NCBI GenBank assembly: GCA_002269645.1
Contig: NIVC01002108.1
Span: 1 to 64,000, forward strand
Reading direction: 5' to 3'
DNA: 64,000 nucleotides
From: Macrostomum lignano
Taxonomy: Eukaryota
Positions 38,884 through 50,692 of this stretch are shown in pieces. The position numbers and the translations under genes are program-made. How positions within the stretch are numbered: position 1 is the first letter of the stretch; every line of letters begins with the position of its first letter. The notes beneath the pieces were generated by a model that worked only from the letters and a program-made list of their open reading frames with translations, was not told the origin of the DNA and did not search any database.

Positions 38884-41800
38884 TCAACACAAGGCCAGTT
38901 GCGACCCGGACATGTGCCGGGCCACTCCAGCCTGAACCGCGGCCACCAGCCGAGCGCAGGCGGCAGCCCAGCCGCCCCCCGCGGCCTCGGCCACGGATTT
39001 GAAATGGCGCACCAGCCGGTACAGCCGGGTCAGGTGATCCGGCAGGTGGGCCAGGAAGAACCGCAGCAGCAGGCGCTCGTCGGCTGGACGCGGCGACTCA
39101 GCCGAGGCTGTCCAGTCGGTCAGCAGCCGGCGGAGGTCGGCAAGTCGCCTGCCGCGACCGCAGAGACTCGGCGGACGAAGCAACAGCGGCGGCGGCGACC
39201 CGTCAAGACAGCCGGCGTCGAGGTGGTCGACCGCCGCCTCGGCCGTGGCCGCTGCGGCGACATCGGTAGCGGCCTCGGGTTCGACTGTCGAGGAGGTCGG
39301 CGGTGACGGCGGCGGTGGCGGCAGCGGCGGCGGCGGCGAGGGAGGCGCGGTCTGCGGTCTGCGAAACATCTCGGCCACAGTCAGCTGCTTGACGCCGGGT
39401 TTCTTCCTGGACGATTGGGGGGCCGTCCTGGAAATTGAGGCGGGGTTGCGGCATGGGCTCATAGGGACGAAGCCAAAATCTCATAGGGACGAAGCCAAAC
39501 TCTCATAGGGACGAAGCCAAAATCTCATAGGGATGAATCCAAAATCTCATAGAGACAGAGTCAAAATCTCATAAAGACGAAGCCAAAATCTCATAGAGAC
39601 GAAGCCAAAATCTCATAGGGACGAAGCCAAAATCTCATAGAGACGAAGCCAAAATCTCATAGAGACACACCCAAAATCTCAGAGACACACTCAAAATCTC
39701 ATAGAAACACACAAAATCTCATAGAGATGAATCCAAAATCTCATAGAGAGACACACAAAATCTCATACAGACAAATCCAAAATCTCACAGAGACAAAGCC
39801 AAAATCTGATAGAGACGAAGCCAAAATCTCATAGGGACGAAGCCAAAATCTCATAGAGACGAAGCGAAAATCTCATAGGACGAAGCCAAAATCTCATAGT
39901 GACGAAGCCAAAATCTCATAGTGAGGAAGCCAAAATCTCATAGAGCCACACTCAAAATTTCAGAGACACACTTAAAATCTCAAAGAGAAACCAAAATCTC
40001 ACAAATACAAAGTCAAAATCTCATAGGGACGAAGCCAAAATCTCAGAGACGAAGCCAAAATCTCATAGAGACAAAAAACTCAGAGACACGATCTCGAGTC
40101 TCACCTGGAGACTCCGGACTTTCCAGCCAACCCGGCAGCCCCGCCAGCAGGAGCGGCATGGGTTCGATTCCTGCTGCCCTTCGGCCTGCCCCGTCCAGCC
40201 TTGCGCAGCGGCGGTGGCGGCAGCTGCGGCTGCTGCTCCCTTCTCAGCCTCTGCCGCTCCTCGGCAGCGTAGGCGGCATCCAGCTCGGCCCGGATTTCCG
40301 GCGGCAGGGCGGCCAGACAGGACTGGCTGAGCTGGGAGGCGGCTGGCAGCGGGACCACCTGATCCCGATCCTGATCCCGATCCCGATTCTGGTCCCGGTC
40401 CCGGAGCTGAGCTCGGATAGCAGTGGCCATGGAGTCCGGCAGGGCGGCAAGAAAATCTTCGTCGATTTGTGGAGCACCGGAGTCGAAGAGGGCCGAGGAC
40501 AGGTCGTACTGAGTGCAGTCCGCTGCTGAGGGGCTGCGGTGGTCAACATGCTGGTGAATGCTAGCATTGTGAATGGCTGATGGTGAATGCTAGCATTGTG
40601 AATGGCTGCTGGTGAATGCTAGCATTGTGAATGGCTAATGGTGAATGCTAGCATTGTGAATGGCTGCTGGTGAATGCTAGCATTGTGAATGGCTGCTGGT
40701 GAATGCTAGCATTGTGAATGGCTAATGGTGAATGCTAGCATTGTGAATGGCTGCTGGTGAATGCTAGCATTGTGAATGGCTGCTGGTGAATGCTAGCATT
40801 GTGAATGGCTGATGGTGAATGCTAGTATTGTGAATGGCTGATGGTGAATGCTAGCATTGTGAATGGCTGCTGGAGAATGCTAGCATTGTGAATGGCTGCT
40901 GGTGAATGCTAGTATTGTGAATGGCTGATGGCGAATGCTAGTATTGTGAATGGCTGATGGTGAATGCTAGCACTGTGAATGGCTGATGGTGAATGCTAGT
41001 ATTGTGAATGGCTGATGGTGAATGCTAGCATTGTGAATGGCTAATGGTGAATGCTAGTACTGTGAATGGCTGATGGTGAATGCTAGTATTGTGAATGGCT
41101 GATGGTGAATGCTAGCATTGTGAATGGCTAATGGTGAATGCTAGCATTGTGAATGGCTGCTGGAGAATGCTAGCATTGTGAATGGCTGCTGGTGAATGCT
41201 AGCATTGTGAATGGCTGCTGGTGAATGCTAGCATTGTGAATGGCTGATGGTGAATGCTAGCATTGTGAATGGCTGATGGTGAATGCTAGCATTGTGAATG
41301 GCTGCTGGTGAATGCTAGCATTGTGAATGGCTAATGGTGAATGCTAGCATTGTGAATGGCTAATGGTGAATGCTAGCATTGTGAATGGCTGCTGGTGAAT
41401 GCTAGCATTGTGAATGGCTGATGGTGAATGCTAGCATTGTGAATGGCTAATGGTGAATGCTAGCATTGTGAATGGCTGATGGTGAATGCTAGCATTGTGA
41501 ATGGCTGCTGGTGAATGCTAGCATTGTGAATGGCTGCTGGTGAATGCTAGCATTGTGAATGGCTGATGGTGAATGCTAGCATTGTGAATGGCTGCTGGAG
41601 AATGCTAGCATTGTGAATGGCTGCTGGTGAATGCTAGAATTGTGAATGGCTGATGGTGAATGCTAGTATTGTGAATGGCTGATGGTGAATGCTAGTACTG
41701 TGAATGGCTGATGGTGAATGCTAGCATTGTGAATGGCTGATGGTGAATGCTAGTATTGTGAATGGCTGATGGTGAATGCTAGCATTGTGAATGGCTAATG

Positions 41801-44800
41801 GTGAATGCTAGTACTGTGAATGGCTGATGGTAAATGCTACACTGTGAATGGCTGATGGTGAATGCTAGTATTGTGAATGGCTGATGGTGAATGCTAGTAT
41901 TGTGAATGGCTGATGGTGAATGCTAGTACTGTGAATGGCTGATGGTGAATGCTAGCATTGTGAATGGCTGATGGTGAATGCTAGTATTGTGAATGGCTGA
42001 TGGTGAATGCTAGCACTGTGAATGGCTGATGGTGAATGCTAGCATTGTGAATGGCTGATGGTGAATGCTAGCACTGTGAATGGCTGGTGGTGAATGCTAG
42101 TATTGTGAATGGCTAGTGGTAATATATGACATGGATCATATATCGGTCATACACACAAGTCATAGCACCGCTCTTACACACCAATCATTCATTAGCATCG
42201 CTCATACACACCAGTCATAGCATCGCTCATACAAACCAGTCATAGCATCGCTCATACACAACTGTCATAGCATCGCTCATACACACCAGTTTTAGCATCG
42301 CTCATACACACCAATCATAGCATCGCTCATACACACCAGTCATAGCATCGCTCATATACACCAGTCATAGCACCGCTCATACACAACTGTCATAGCACCG
42401 CTCATACACACCAGTCATAGCATCGCTCATACACAACTGTCATAGCACCGCTCATACACACCAGTCATAGCACCGCTCATACACACCAGTCATAGCATCG
42501 CTCATACACACCAGTCATAGCACCGCTCATACACACCAGTCATAGCACCGCTCATACACACCAGTCATAGCATCGCTCATACACACCAATCATAGCATCG
42601 CTCATACACACCAGTCATAGCATCGCTCATACACCCCAGTCATAGCATCGCTCATACACCCCAGTCATAGCATCGCTCATACACCCCAGTCATAGCATCG
42701 CTCATACACACCAATCATAGCATCGCTCATACACACCAGTCATAGCATCGCTCATACACCCGTCATAGCATTGCTCATACACACCAGTCATAGCATCGCT
42801 CATACACACCAATCATAGCATCGCTCATACACACCAGTTATAGCATCGCTCATACACCCCAGTCATACTGGCACTCACAAGAACGCAAGCCTCACTCAAG
42901 GCAGTGTAACACAGATGATCAGAATCGGATAAACTATTCTAAAATAAAACTCTCTCTCTCGCTCTCACGCGGCTCAAGTTTCCGGTGGCGCAGACTGCCA
43001 GCCTCACTGCTTCCAGGGGCAGCCAAGCAATAAATCTAGCATCGCACAAGCAAGGCTAAGTTCAATTTTGTGAAACCAAAGCAGAGCCGGAAACAGGAAG
43101 CAGTGACTCTTACACAGCTGGACTGTCGGCCCGTTCGTCGCCCTCTTCCTCCTCTATCAGGCTTGGACCCGCGGCATTTGCAAAGAAATTTGCCTTTCCT
43201 GTCACTTTGTTTCTGTCATTGGAATAGCAGTTGGATGAAGCCTTGCGGCCAAGCAGTTTTGCACCGGATGCACCGGATGCACCGGAAGTAGCGCCTGACG
43301 GGCCACCGAAGGTATTGCTAGAACTGGTGCCAGAAGCAGAGCTGAAAGACATAGAACCGGAAGTGGCGCCAGACATAGAACCGGAAGTGGCACCGGACAT
43401 AGAACCGGAAGTGGCGCCGGACATAGAACCGGAAGTGGCGCCGGACATAGAACCGGAAGTGACGCCGGACATAGAACCGGAAGTGGCGCCGGACATAGAA
43501 CCGGAAGTGGCGCCAGGCATAGAACCGGAAGTGGCGCCGGACATAGAACCGGAAGTGGCGCCTGACATAGAACCGGAAGTGGCGACGGACATAGAACCGG
43601 AAGTGGCGCCAGACATAGAACCGGAAGTGGCGCCGGACATAGAACCGGAAGTGGCGCCGGACATAAAACCGGAAGTGGCGCCAGACATAGAACTGGAAGT
43701 GGCGCCAGATAGAGAGCTCGCAGCAGATCCGCTAGCAGCGAAAGGATTAACCTTTTTGGCAAAACGGCTGATATCCATGGACCGCCCGCCTCCTCCGCTG
43801 GAGCCGCTTCCGCCGGAACCGGTAGTCGCCGGCACCAGTCGAGTCATGTGGATGCCCAAGCCGCGCATATCCTGCGGCGCCAAGCGGAGCTGGCGCACAA
43901 TGATCATGCACTCCTGCAGCAGCAGTCTGGCATCGTCGGTGTCTAGCGGCAGTGCGACGCTCTTGTTGACGGTGTTGCAGACGCCGTGGCCGCCGAATTT
44001 CGCCGTCTCCTGCGGAGCATCTGGCCGGCGCACCATAGCCTGCGGTGCGGTTGCAATGACAACACGGAATTGTTATCCCAGATCGAATTCCAGAATCGAT
44101 ATGTAGAGCATTGGGCGCATCGATGACGAAAACTTGTTAATTAAAAGTTAGCGACCACCTAGCAACCGCATAACAGCATAGCAACCGCATGAGAACAGCA
44201 TAGCAACCACCTAGCAACCGAATGAAATCTGCCTAGCAACCACCTAGCAACCGAATGAAAACAGCATAGCAACCACCTAGCAACCAAATGAAAACAGCAT
44301 AGCAACCACCTAGCAACCGGATGAAAACAGCATAGCAACCACCTAGCAACCGAATGAAAACAGCATAGCAACCACCTAGCAACCGAATGAAAACAGCATA
44401 GCAAGCGCAATATCTTACCTTGAAATGCATGGCCCTACCGCGCACTTTAGCCGCCCGCATTCTGGCCTGCAGCTCGCGGCACAGCCCGTCAAGGAAAACC
44501 TCGCAGTCGGCCATGGTCTGGAATCGGACGCCGTAGTTAATCTCGGCCGAGATGGACTTCCGCTCGCGCTCGGCCAGCACCGGCCGGTCGTCGCGCCCGT
44601 TGGCCGCATCCAGCAGGGTCTGGGCCACCCGCGGCCCGAGTTCGCGGCCCAGCGCGGACACCTGAGCGCCGCGCAGCAGGCCGCAGGTGCCGAAACCCAA
44701 GCTGGTCAGGCGGGCCTCCAGCGCGCGTCCAACCCCGGGCAGTTCGCGGACCGGCAGGTCGCGCAGCAGTTCGGCGATCCCGGCCGGGTCCAGCAGCACC

Positions 44801-47800
44801 CGCTGGCCGTCCGGCTTGGCCTGCTTGGTTGCCAGGCGGGCCACCAGCAGGTTGGGGCCGAGGCCGCAGCTGAGTCCGGGTTTTGTCGGCAAAATTAATA
44901 ACTAAATCACGTTGTTAAAACATCAGATAAAACGGACTTCTAAGGACGCAACTCATTTCTAATTATCCTACTATCAGTAGTCAAGGACGTTTGAACTACG
45001 TCTTAATCAGAAAGCTATAAGAATGATAAAAAACCGGCCTCCTAAAATTTTCCAAGAAACGTATCGTTTTCTCGTCCATCTACTTAGTAGTCCCTGTTAG
45101 CAGTTCACCTGGCAGTGCAGCCTCCAGTCCGCTCCTGCACCTCCTTGCGCACCAGACAGGCCAGCTGGGCAGGCGACGCTCCCGTCTCCCTGAGCAGCTC
45201 GCCGCAGTCAACGAACAGCTCATCGCAGCTGACCGCCTGCAGGCTGTGCGTGAACTCGCCGAGCAGGCGGTACAGCTGGCTGGAGGCGGCTTCGTAGGCT
45301 TCGAACTCGTACGGCACCGTGACGAGCTCGGGGCACAGCTCGCGAGCCCGGCCAAGCAGCATGCCGTTGCGAACGCCGCAGGCCCGAGCCGCATAGCTGC
45401 AGGAGGCCACCTCGGACCAGGACTGGTGCAGGGAGCCGCAACTGGCCTTCTCTGAGCTGCGGGTTGGGAGCAGAATGGGGAATGAGCATCTGCATTGTGC
45501 GCAGCTGTTGGGGAGAGCGGATTGTTGGGGTAGAGCGAATCAAGGGCGGACCGGGGAGCGGATCGGGGAGCGGATCGAGGGGCGGATCGGGGAGCGGATC
45601 GAGGGGCGGATTGGGGAGCGGATCGGGGAGCGGATCGAGGGGCGGATCGGGGAGCGGATCGGGGAGCGGATCGGGGAGCGGATCGAGGGGCGGATCGGGG
45701 AGCGGATCGAGGGGCAGATCGGGGAGCGGATCGGGGAGCGGATCGGGGAGCGGATCGAGGGGCGGATCGGGGAGCGGATCGGGGAGCGGATCGGGGAGCG
45801 GATCGAGGGGCGGATCGGGGAGCGGATCGGGGAGCGGATCGGGGAGCGGATCGAGGGGCGGATCGGGGAGCGGATCGGGGAGCGGATCGGGGAGCGGATC
45901 GAGGGGCGGATCGGGGAGCGGATCGAGGGACGGATCGAGCGGCGGATCGGGGAGCGGATCGAGGGATGGATCGGGGAGCGGATCGAGGGGCGGATCGGGG
46001 AGCGGATCGGGGGTTAAATCGAGGGGCGGATCGGGGAGCGGATCGAGGGGCGGATCAGGGAGCGGAATTCAATCACGACAGGCCCAAAATAAGTCTCTCA
46101 CGCCACAGCACCGCCGTACTGCCGCATCTCCCAGTCTGAGTCGGCGCCTCGTCTGGCTCTCAGCCTGTCACTGCTGCCCCCGGCGTCCCCAGACGCCTGC
46201 CGCGACGACGTCGAAGCGTGCGACACGGCGACTGGTTTGCCGCGCAGCTCCGGCCGGGTGAGCAGCGCCACGGAGACAAAGAAGCAGTCCATGTCGATGT
46301 GCATCACAACTCGCTGGTGCTGCGGCTGCTCTCGACCGGCGGCGGCCGTCCCGCTGCGCTCGGCCTCGGCCATGGCGCGCAGCCGATCGGCGCCGGGGAA
46401 TCTGGCGGCGCCTGCGGCCCGCATGTCTGCCACCAGCTGGCGCGCTTTCCCTGGGTTTTGTAGAGTTGGAATCGTTCTCAGGTGAGATTCGAGCGATTCT
46501 CAGGTGAGATTGGAGCGATTCTCAAGTGAGATTGGGCGATTCTCAGGTGAGATTGGAGCGATTCTCAGGTGAGATTGGAGCGATTCTCAAGTGAGATTGG
46601 GCGATTCTCAGGTGAGATTGGAGCGATTCTCAGGTGAGATTGGAGCGATTCTCAAATTAGATTAGGCGATTCTTAGGTGAGATTGGAGCGATTCTCAAGT
46701 GAGATTGGGGCGATTCTCATGTTGGATTATCGTTGCTTATCAGATAGGATTATTTCTAAGATAAGAAGATAATCGCCCACCTGCCCAAGCAGAGATATGG
46801 TGCAGCCTGCTGTTCGCATAGAACTGCCCGATGTATTCAGGCCGGCCCATCGCGGCTGAGGCTCCCTTCGAAGGCGAGCAGCTCGGCGGCGGAGGGTTCG
46901 GCGCCTCCTTACCGACCCGCAGTCTGTAGGGCGCCTCGTTCAGACGCTTGCCAGCCTTCAGACTGTCGGTGATCCACCGCGGTGTCACCACTATTCGGTC
47001 TGGCTGCAGGGCCTTCAGCTTACTGGTGGCCAGCTGGCTTGCTACAGTGTGGCTCACCTCAGCTCTGCTGTAGTAATGAGCATACCTGCGGTGGCCGGCG
47101 GCAGGGGTAACTGAGAAATTCTCAGAGGGGAGTTGGGGAGATTCTTAGAGAGAATTGGGGAGATTTTTAGAGGTGAATTGGGGAGATACGTATAGAGGAA
47201 TTGATGATTCCTAGAGGGGAATTTAGGATATTCTTAGAGGGGAATTGGGAAGATTCTTAGAGGGGAATTGGGAAGATTCTTAGAGGGGAATTGGGAAGAT
47301 TCTAAGAGGGGAATTGGGAAGATTCTTAGAGGGGAATTGGGAAGATTCTTAGAGAGGAATTTGGAAGATTCTTAGAGGGGAATTGGGAAGATTCTTAGAG
47401 GGGAATTGGGGAGATTCTAAGAGAGGAATTTTGAAGATTCTTAGAGGGGAATTGGGAAGACTCTTAGAGGGGAATTGGGGAGATCCTTAGATGGTAAACT
47501 GGGGGAGATTCTCAAGTATCTCGTATAACTGGGAGAAATTCCAAATAAGATTGTCAAGCCAGACGATAGTAAAATTTTTTGAACTGAATTATAAAAAACC
47601 GAGGGTCGCACCTGCCCCCGTATTTCTGCATCAGCCGCTTGAGTTCATGCGCCGGAGGCTCAGTGTACCCATCAACGTGAATGCAGACTCCCGCAAATAT
47701 CGGCCTGATGTGCTCAGCGCGATCCCCCGATGCAGCTTCATCCGCCTCGTCTGAGGAGATCTCCTGCTCAAACTGAGCAGCCAACTTGCTCTTCTTGGCC

Positions 47801-47877
47801 TCCATGTAGCCGCCGAATTCGCCCCAGCCATCGTCACCTGGGCCGCCGCGGCCGCGCCGACGCCCCCTTCCAGACAT
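38884..47877 (-). CDS. REV1: REV1 Y-family deoxycytidyl transferase / translesion scaffold
   Basis: Exons (minus) 47877-47612, 47085-46781, 46450-46102, 45456-45109, 44869-44419, 44039-43114, 40533-40105, 39427-38884. BRCT (WGEFGGYMEAKKSKL...VDGYTEP), N-digit SRLHH, HIDMDCFFVSV, EVASCSY.AR, AVSCDE, AKPDGQ, SAEINYGVRF, ETAKFGGHG, two UBMs (IDEDFLAALP; SCLAALPPEIRAEL) and a CTD (LLTDW...). The exon 6/7 junction is the least certain. Confidence 0.95.
39466..40085. repeat. 22-bp minisatellite (CTCATAGGGACGAAGCCAAAAT), REV1 intron 7
   Basis: Visible. Confidence 0.9.
40553..42115. repeat. 29-bp minisatellite (GGTGAATGCTAGCATTGTGAATGGCTGAT), REV1 intron 6
   Basis: About 54 copies, each containing the 12-bp palindrome AATGCTAGCATT or a variant. 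Confidence 0.97.
42160..42866. repeat. 25-bp minisatellite (CATAGCATCGCTCATACACACCAGT), REV1 intron 6
   Basis: Visible. Confidence 0.95.
43348..43707 (-). repeat. Coding 24-bp repeat (SGATSGSM, about 15 copies) in REV1 exon 6
   Basis: GACATAGAACCGGAAGTGGCGCC(G/A) on the plus strand; in frame in REV1. Confidence 0.97.
44155..44405. repeat. About 33-bp repeat (AACAGCATAGCAACCACCTAGCAACCGAATGAA), REV1 intron 5
   Basis: Visible. Confidence 0.9.
45552..46065. repeat. 12-bp G-rich repeat (GAGCGGATCGGG / GGGCGGATCGAG), REV1 intron 3
   Basis: Visible. Confidence 0.95.
46478..46718. repeat. 22-bp minisatellite (GATTCTCAGGTGAGATTGGAGC), REV1 intron 2
   Basis: Visible. Confidence 0.9.
47120..47512. 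repeat. 23-bp minisatellite (GAAGATTCTTAGAGGGGAATTGG), REV1 intron 1
   Basis: Visible. Confidence 0.9.
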
Positions 47878-48029
47878 TGTTTATGAATTGCCGGACGGAT
47901 ATTGTTTGCCTTCAATACCCTGCGGCTGGAATATCCAGTTTCAACTGGTCAGTTTTTCTTTGCGCTAGCAGTCCTTTATCTAAAATCTACTTGAAGCTGT
48001 GGGATTCTAATCCCCGGTTTGCTAGCCTA

Positions 48030-49098
48030 ATCCCCAGCAATCCCATTTGACTGTGATCCCCAATCTCGAGCTTAATCCCCTGAAATCCCATTTGAAACTA
48101 TGATCCCTAATCTCGAGCTTAATCTCTTGAAATCCCATTTGAAACTATGATCCCCAATCTCGAGCTTAATCCTCTGAAATTCCCATTTGACATTGTGATC
48201 CCCAATCTCGAGCTTAACCCGTTAAATCTCATTTGACTTCGTGATCCTCAATCTCGAGCTTAATCCCCTGAAACCCAATTTGACTTCGTGATCCCCAATC
48301 TCGTGCTCAATCCCCTGAAACCCAATTTGACTTCGTGATCCCCAATCTCGAGCTTAATCCTCTGAAATTCCCATTTGACATTGTGATCCCCAATCTCGAG
48401 CTTAACCCGTTAAATCCCATTTGACTTTGTGATCCCCAATCTCGAGCTTAATCCCCTGAAATCCCATTTGACTTTGTGATCCCCAATCTCGAGCTTAACC
48501 CTCTGAAATTCCCATTTGACTTTGTGATCCCCAATCTCGAGCTTAACCCGTTAAATCTCATTTGACTTCGTGATCCTCAATCTCGAGCTTAATCCCCTGA
48601 AACCCAATTTGACTTCGTGATCCCCAATCTCGTGCTCAATCCCCTGAAACCCAATTTGACTTCGTGATCCCCAATCTCGATTTTAATCCTCTGAAATTCC
48701 CATTTGACATTGTGATCCCCAATCTCGAGCTTAACCCGTTAAATCCCATTTGACTTTGTGATCCCCAATCTCGAGCTTAATCCCCTGAAATCCCATTTGA
48801 CTTTGTGATCCCCAATCTCGAGCTTAATCTCTTGAAATCCCATTTGAAACTATGATCCCCAATCTCGAGCTTAATCCTCTGAAACCCAATTTGACTTCGT
48901 GATCCTCAATCTCGAGCTTAATCCCCTGAAACCCAATTTGACATCGTGATCCTCAATCTCGAGCTTAATCCCCTGAAACCCAATTTGACTTCGTGATCCC
49001 CAATCTCGAGCTTAATCCCCTGAAATTCCCATTTGACTTTGTGATCCCTAATCTCGAGCTTAATAATCCTCTGAAATTCCCATTTGACTTTGTGATCC
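48030..49098. repeat. About 46-bp minisatellite (GTGATCCCCAATCTCGAGCTTAATCCCCTGAAATCCCATTTGACTT) upstream of REV1
   Basis: Visible. Confidence 0.95.
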
Positions 49099-49999
49099 CA
49101 CTTTTGACCGCAAACCCCTCTGAAATGAAATTTTATGACATGTTAAATTTAAGCGACACTGTGCGTACAAACTACTTAAAAAGAGTAGACGCCTACTTTT
49201 AAAACTTTTGCAAGTAGCGTATCTATTTCTGTATCCGTGGTTTTCCCGAAGAACTATATTCCTCAGATTGCAAAATCGAGAGGGCTCGATAAATTATGTA
49301 TTTCAGTTGACAATTCAGGACTTCAAAACTTTCCTAGAAACGAATAAATTTGTCGCTAACAGTAGTAGAAAAACAAATAAAGAACACGGAGAAAGTCCCA
49401 CAAAGCCTCATGGGCAACAACCGTATTTTGTTTCTCAGTAAAAAATAACGCCAAATTAATATGAGCTGTCTGCACATTTATCGTCTGGTTATTTTCACCT
49501 ATCCTTGATTGATTATTGAATGCGTGAATGCTGCAAATAGCAGTGCTTTTAAAATTGAACAGTAAGAACTATAGGCAAATATACGGATGATGCGAACCGC
49601 CCGTGATAGAAACAAATGCGGGACAGACTACCAGAACTAGATTTACTCGATACAATTCAACACACTTTGTTCCATAAAGATCGAATTATAACTGCAAAAC
49701 AAAACATAACGAAGCCATTAATTTGTTGAATAACAAGCGAAGTGTTTTAAACTAGCATTCACGCATGAGAATTGCAGATCGCACAGTGCATCTAACAGGC
49801 TGAGGTGGGGTTAGCAGAGAGTTGGAAATGTGGCCAGTAGCTGTGTGTGGGCCTTCATCCATTGATCCATGTCAATTTGGTCTGCCGGCCGCTGCTGGGA
49901 ATGCCAAAATCACTCAACTCCATCTAGGCTGGCAGCGAGCGGGAATCTCAGATTTCATATAATAAAGTTTGAAGCTGACCAAAAGCTTTTGCTAATAAT

Positions 50000-50575
50000 C
50001 TCAGCCTTAGATTTAGAGTTGGACAATCTCACTCTTACATTCTGAGTAGGAGTCTCACCCTTGGATTTTGATTTAGATAATCTTATCCTTTAGATTTAGA
50101 GTAGGAGAATCTCACCCATAGATTTCATTTGGATAAACTCTCCCTTAGGTTGAATGGGAGAAACTCACCCTTAGATTTCGTTTGGATAATCTCTCCCTTA
50201 GGTTTTGAATGGGAGAATCTCACACTTAGATTTTGAGTTGGAGAATCTCACCCTTAGATTTTGAGTTGGAGAATCTCACCCTTAGATTTTGAGTTGGAGA
50301 ATCTCACTTTTAGGTTTTGAGTTGGAGAATCTCACCCTTAGATTTTGAATGTGAGAATCTCACCCTTAGATTTTGAATGTGAGAATCTCACCCTTAGATT
50401 TTGAATGTGAGAATCTCACCCTTAGATTTTGAATTGGAGAATCCCACTCTTAGATTCTGAGTTAGAGAATCTCCATATCCCCACTCTTACATTAAGATTT
50501 CGAATTGGAGAATCTCACCCTTAGATTTGAGTTGGAGAATATCAGCCTTAGATTTAGAGTTTAGAAATCGCACAC
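50000..50575. repeat. 28-bp minisatellite (GAGAATCTCACCCTTAGATTTTGAGTTG) downstream of TOM40
   Basis: Visible. Confidence 0.9.
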
Positions 50576-50692
50576 TTATTACTCAAATATGAAACAGTAA
50601 ACTTCAGCAAACTAATTAATCTAAAGTAAGAATAAAAAAGATGAACTACACAATCAGACCAACAGACAGCCAGCGGCAGACTCCCAAGGCCC

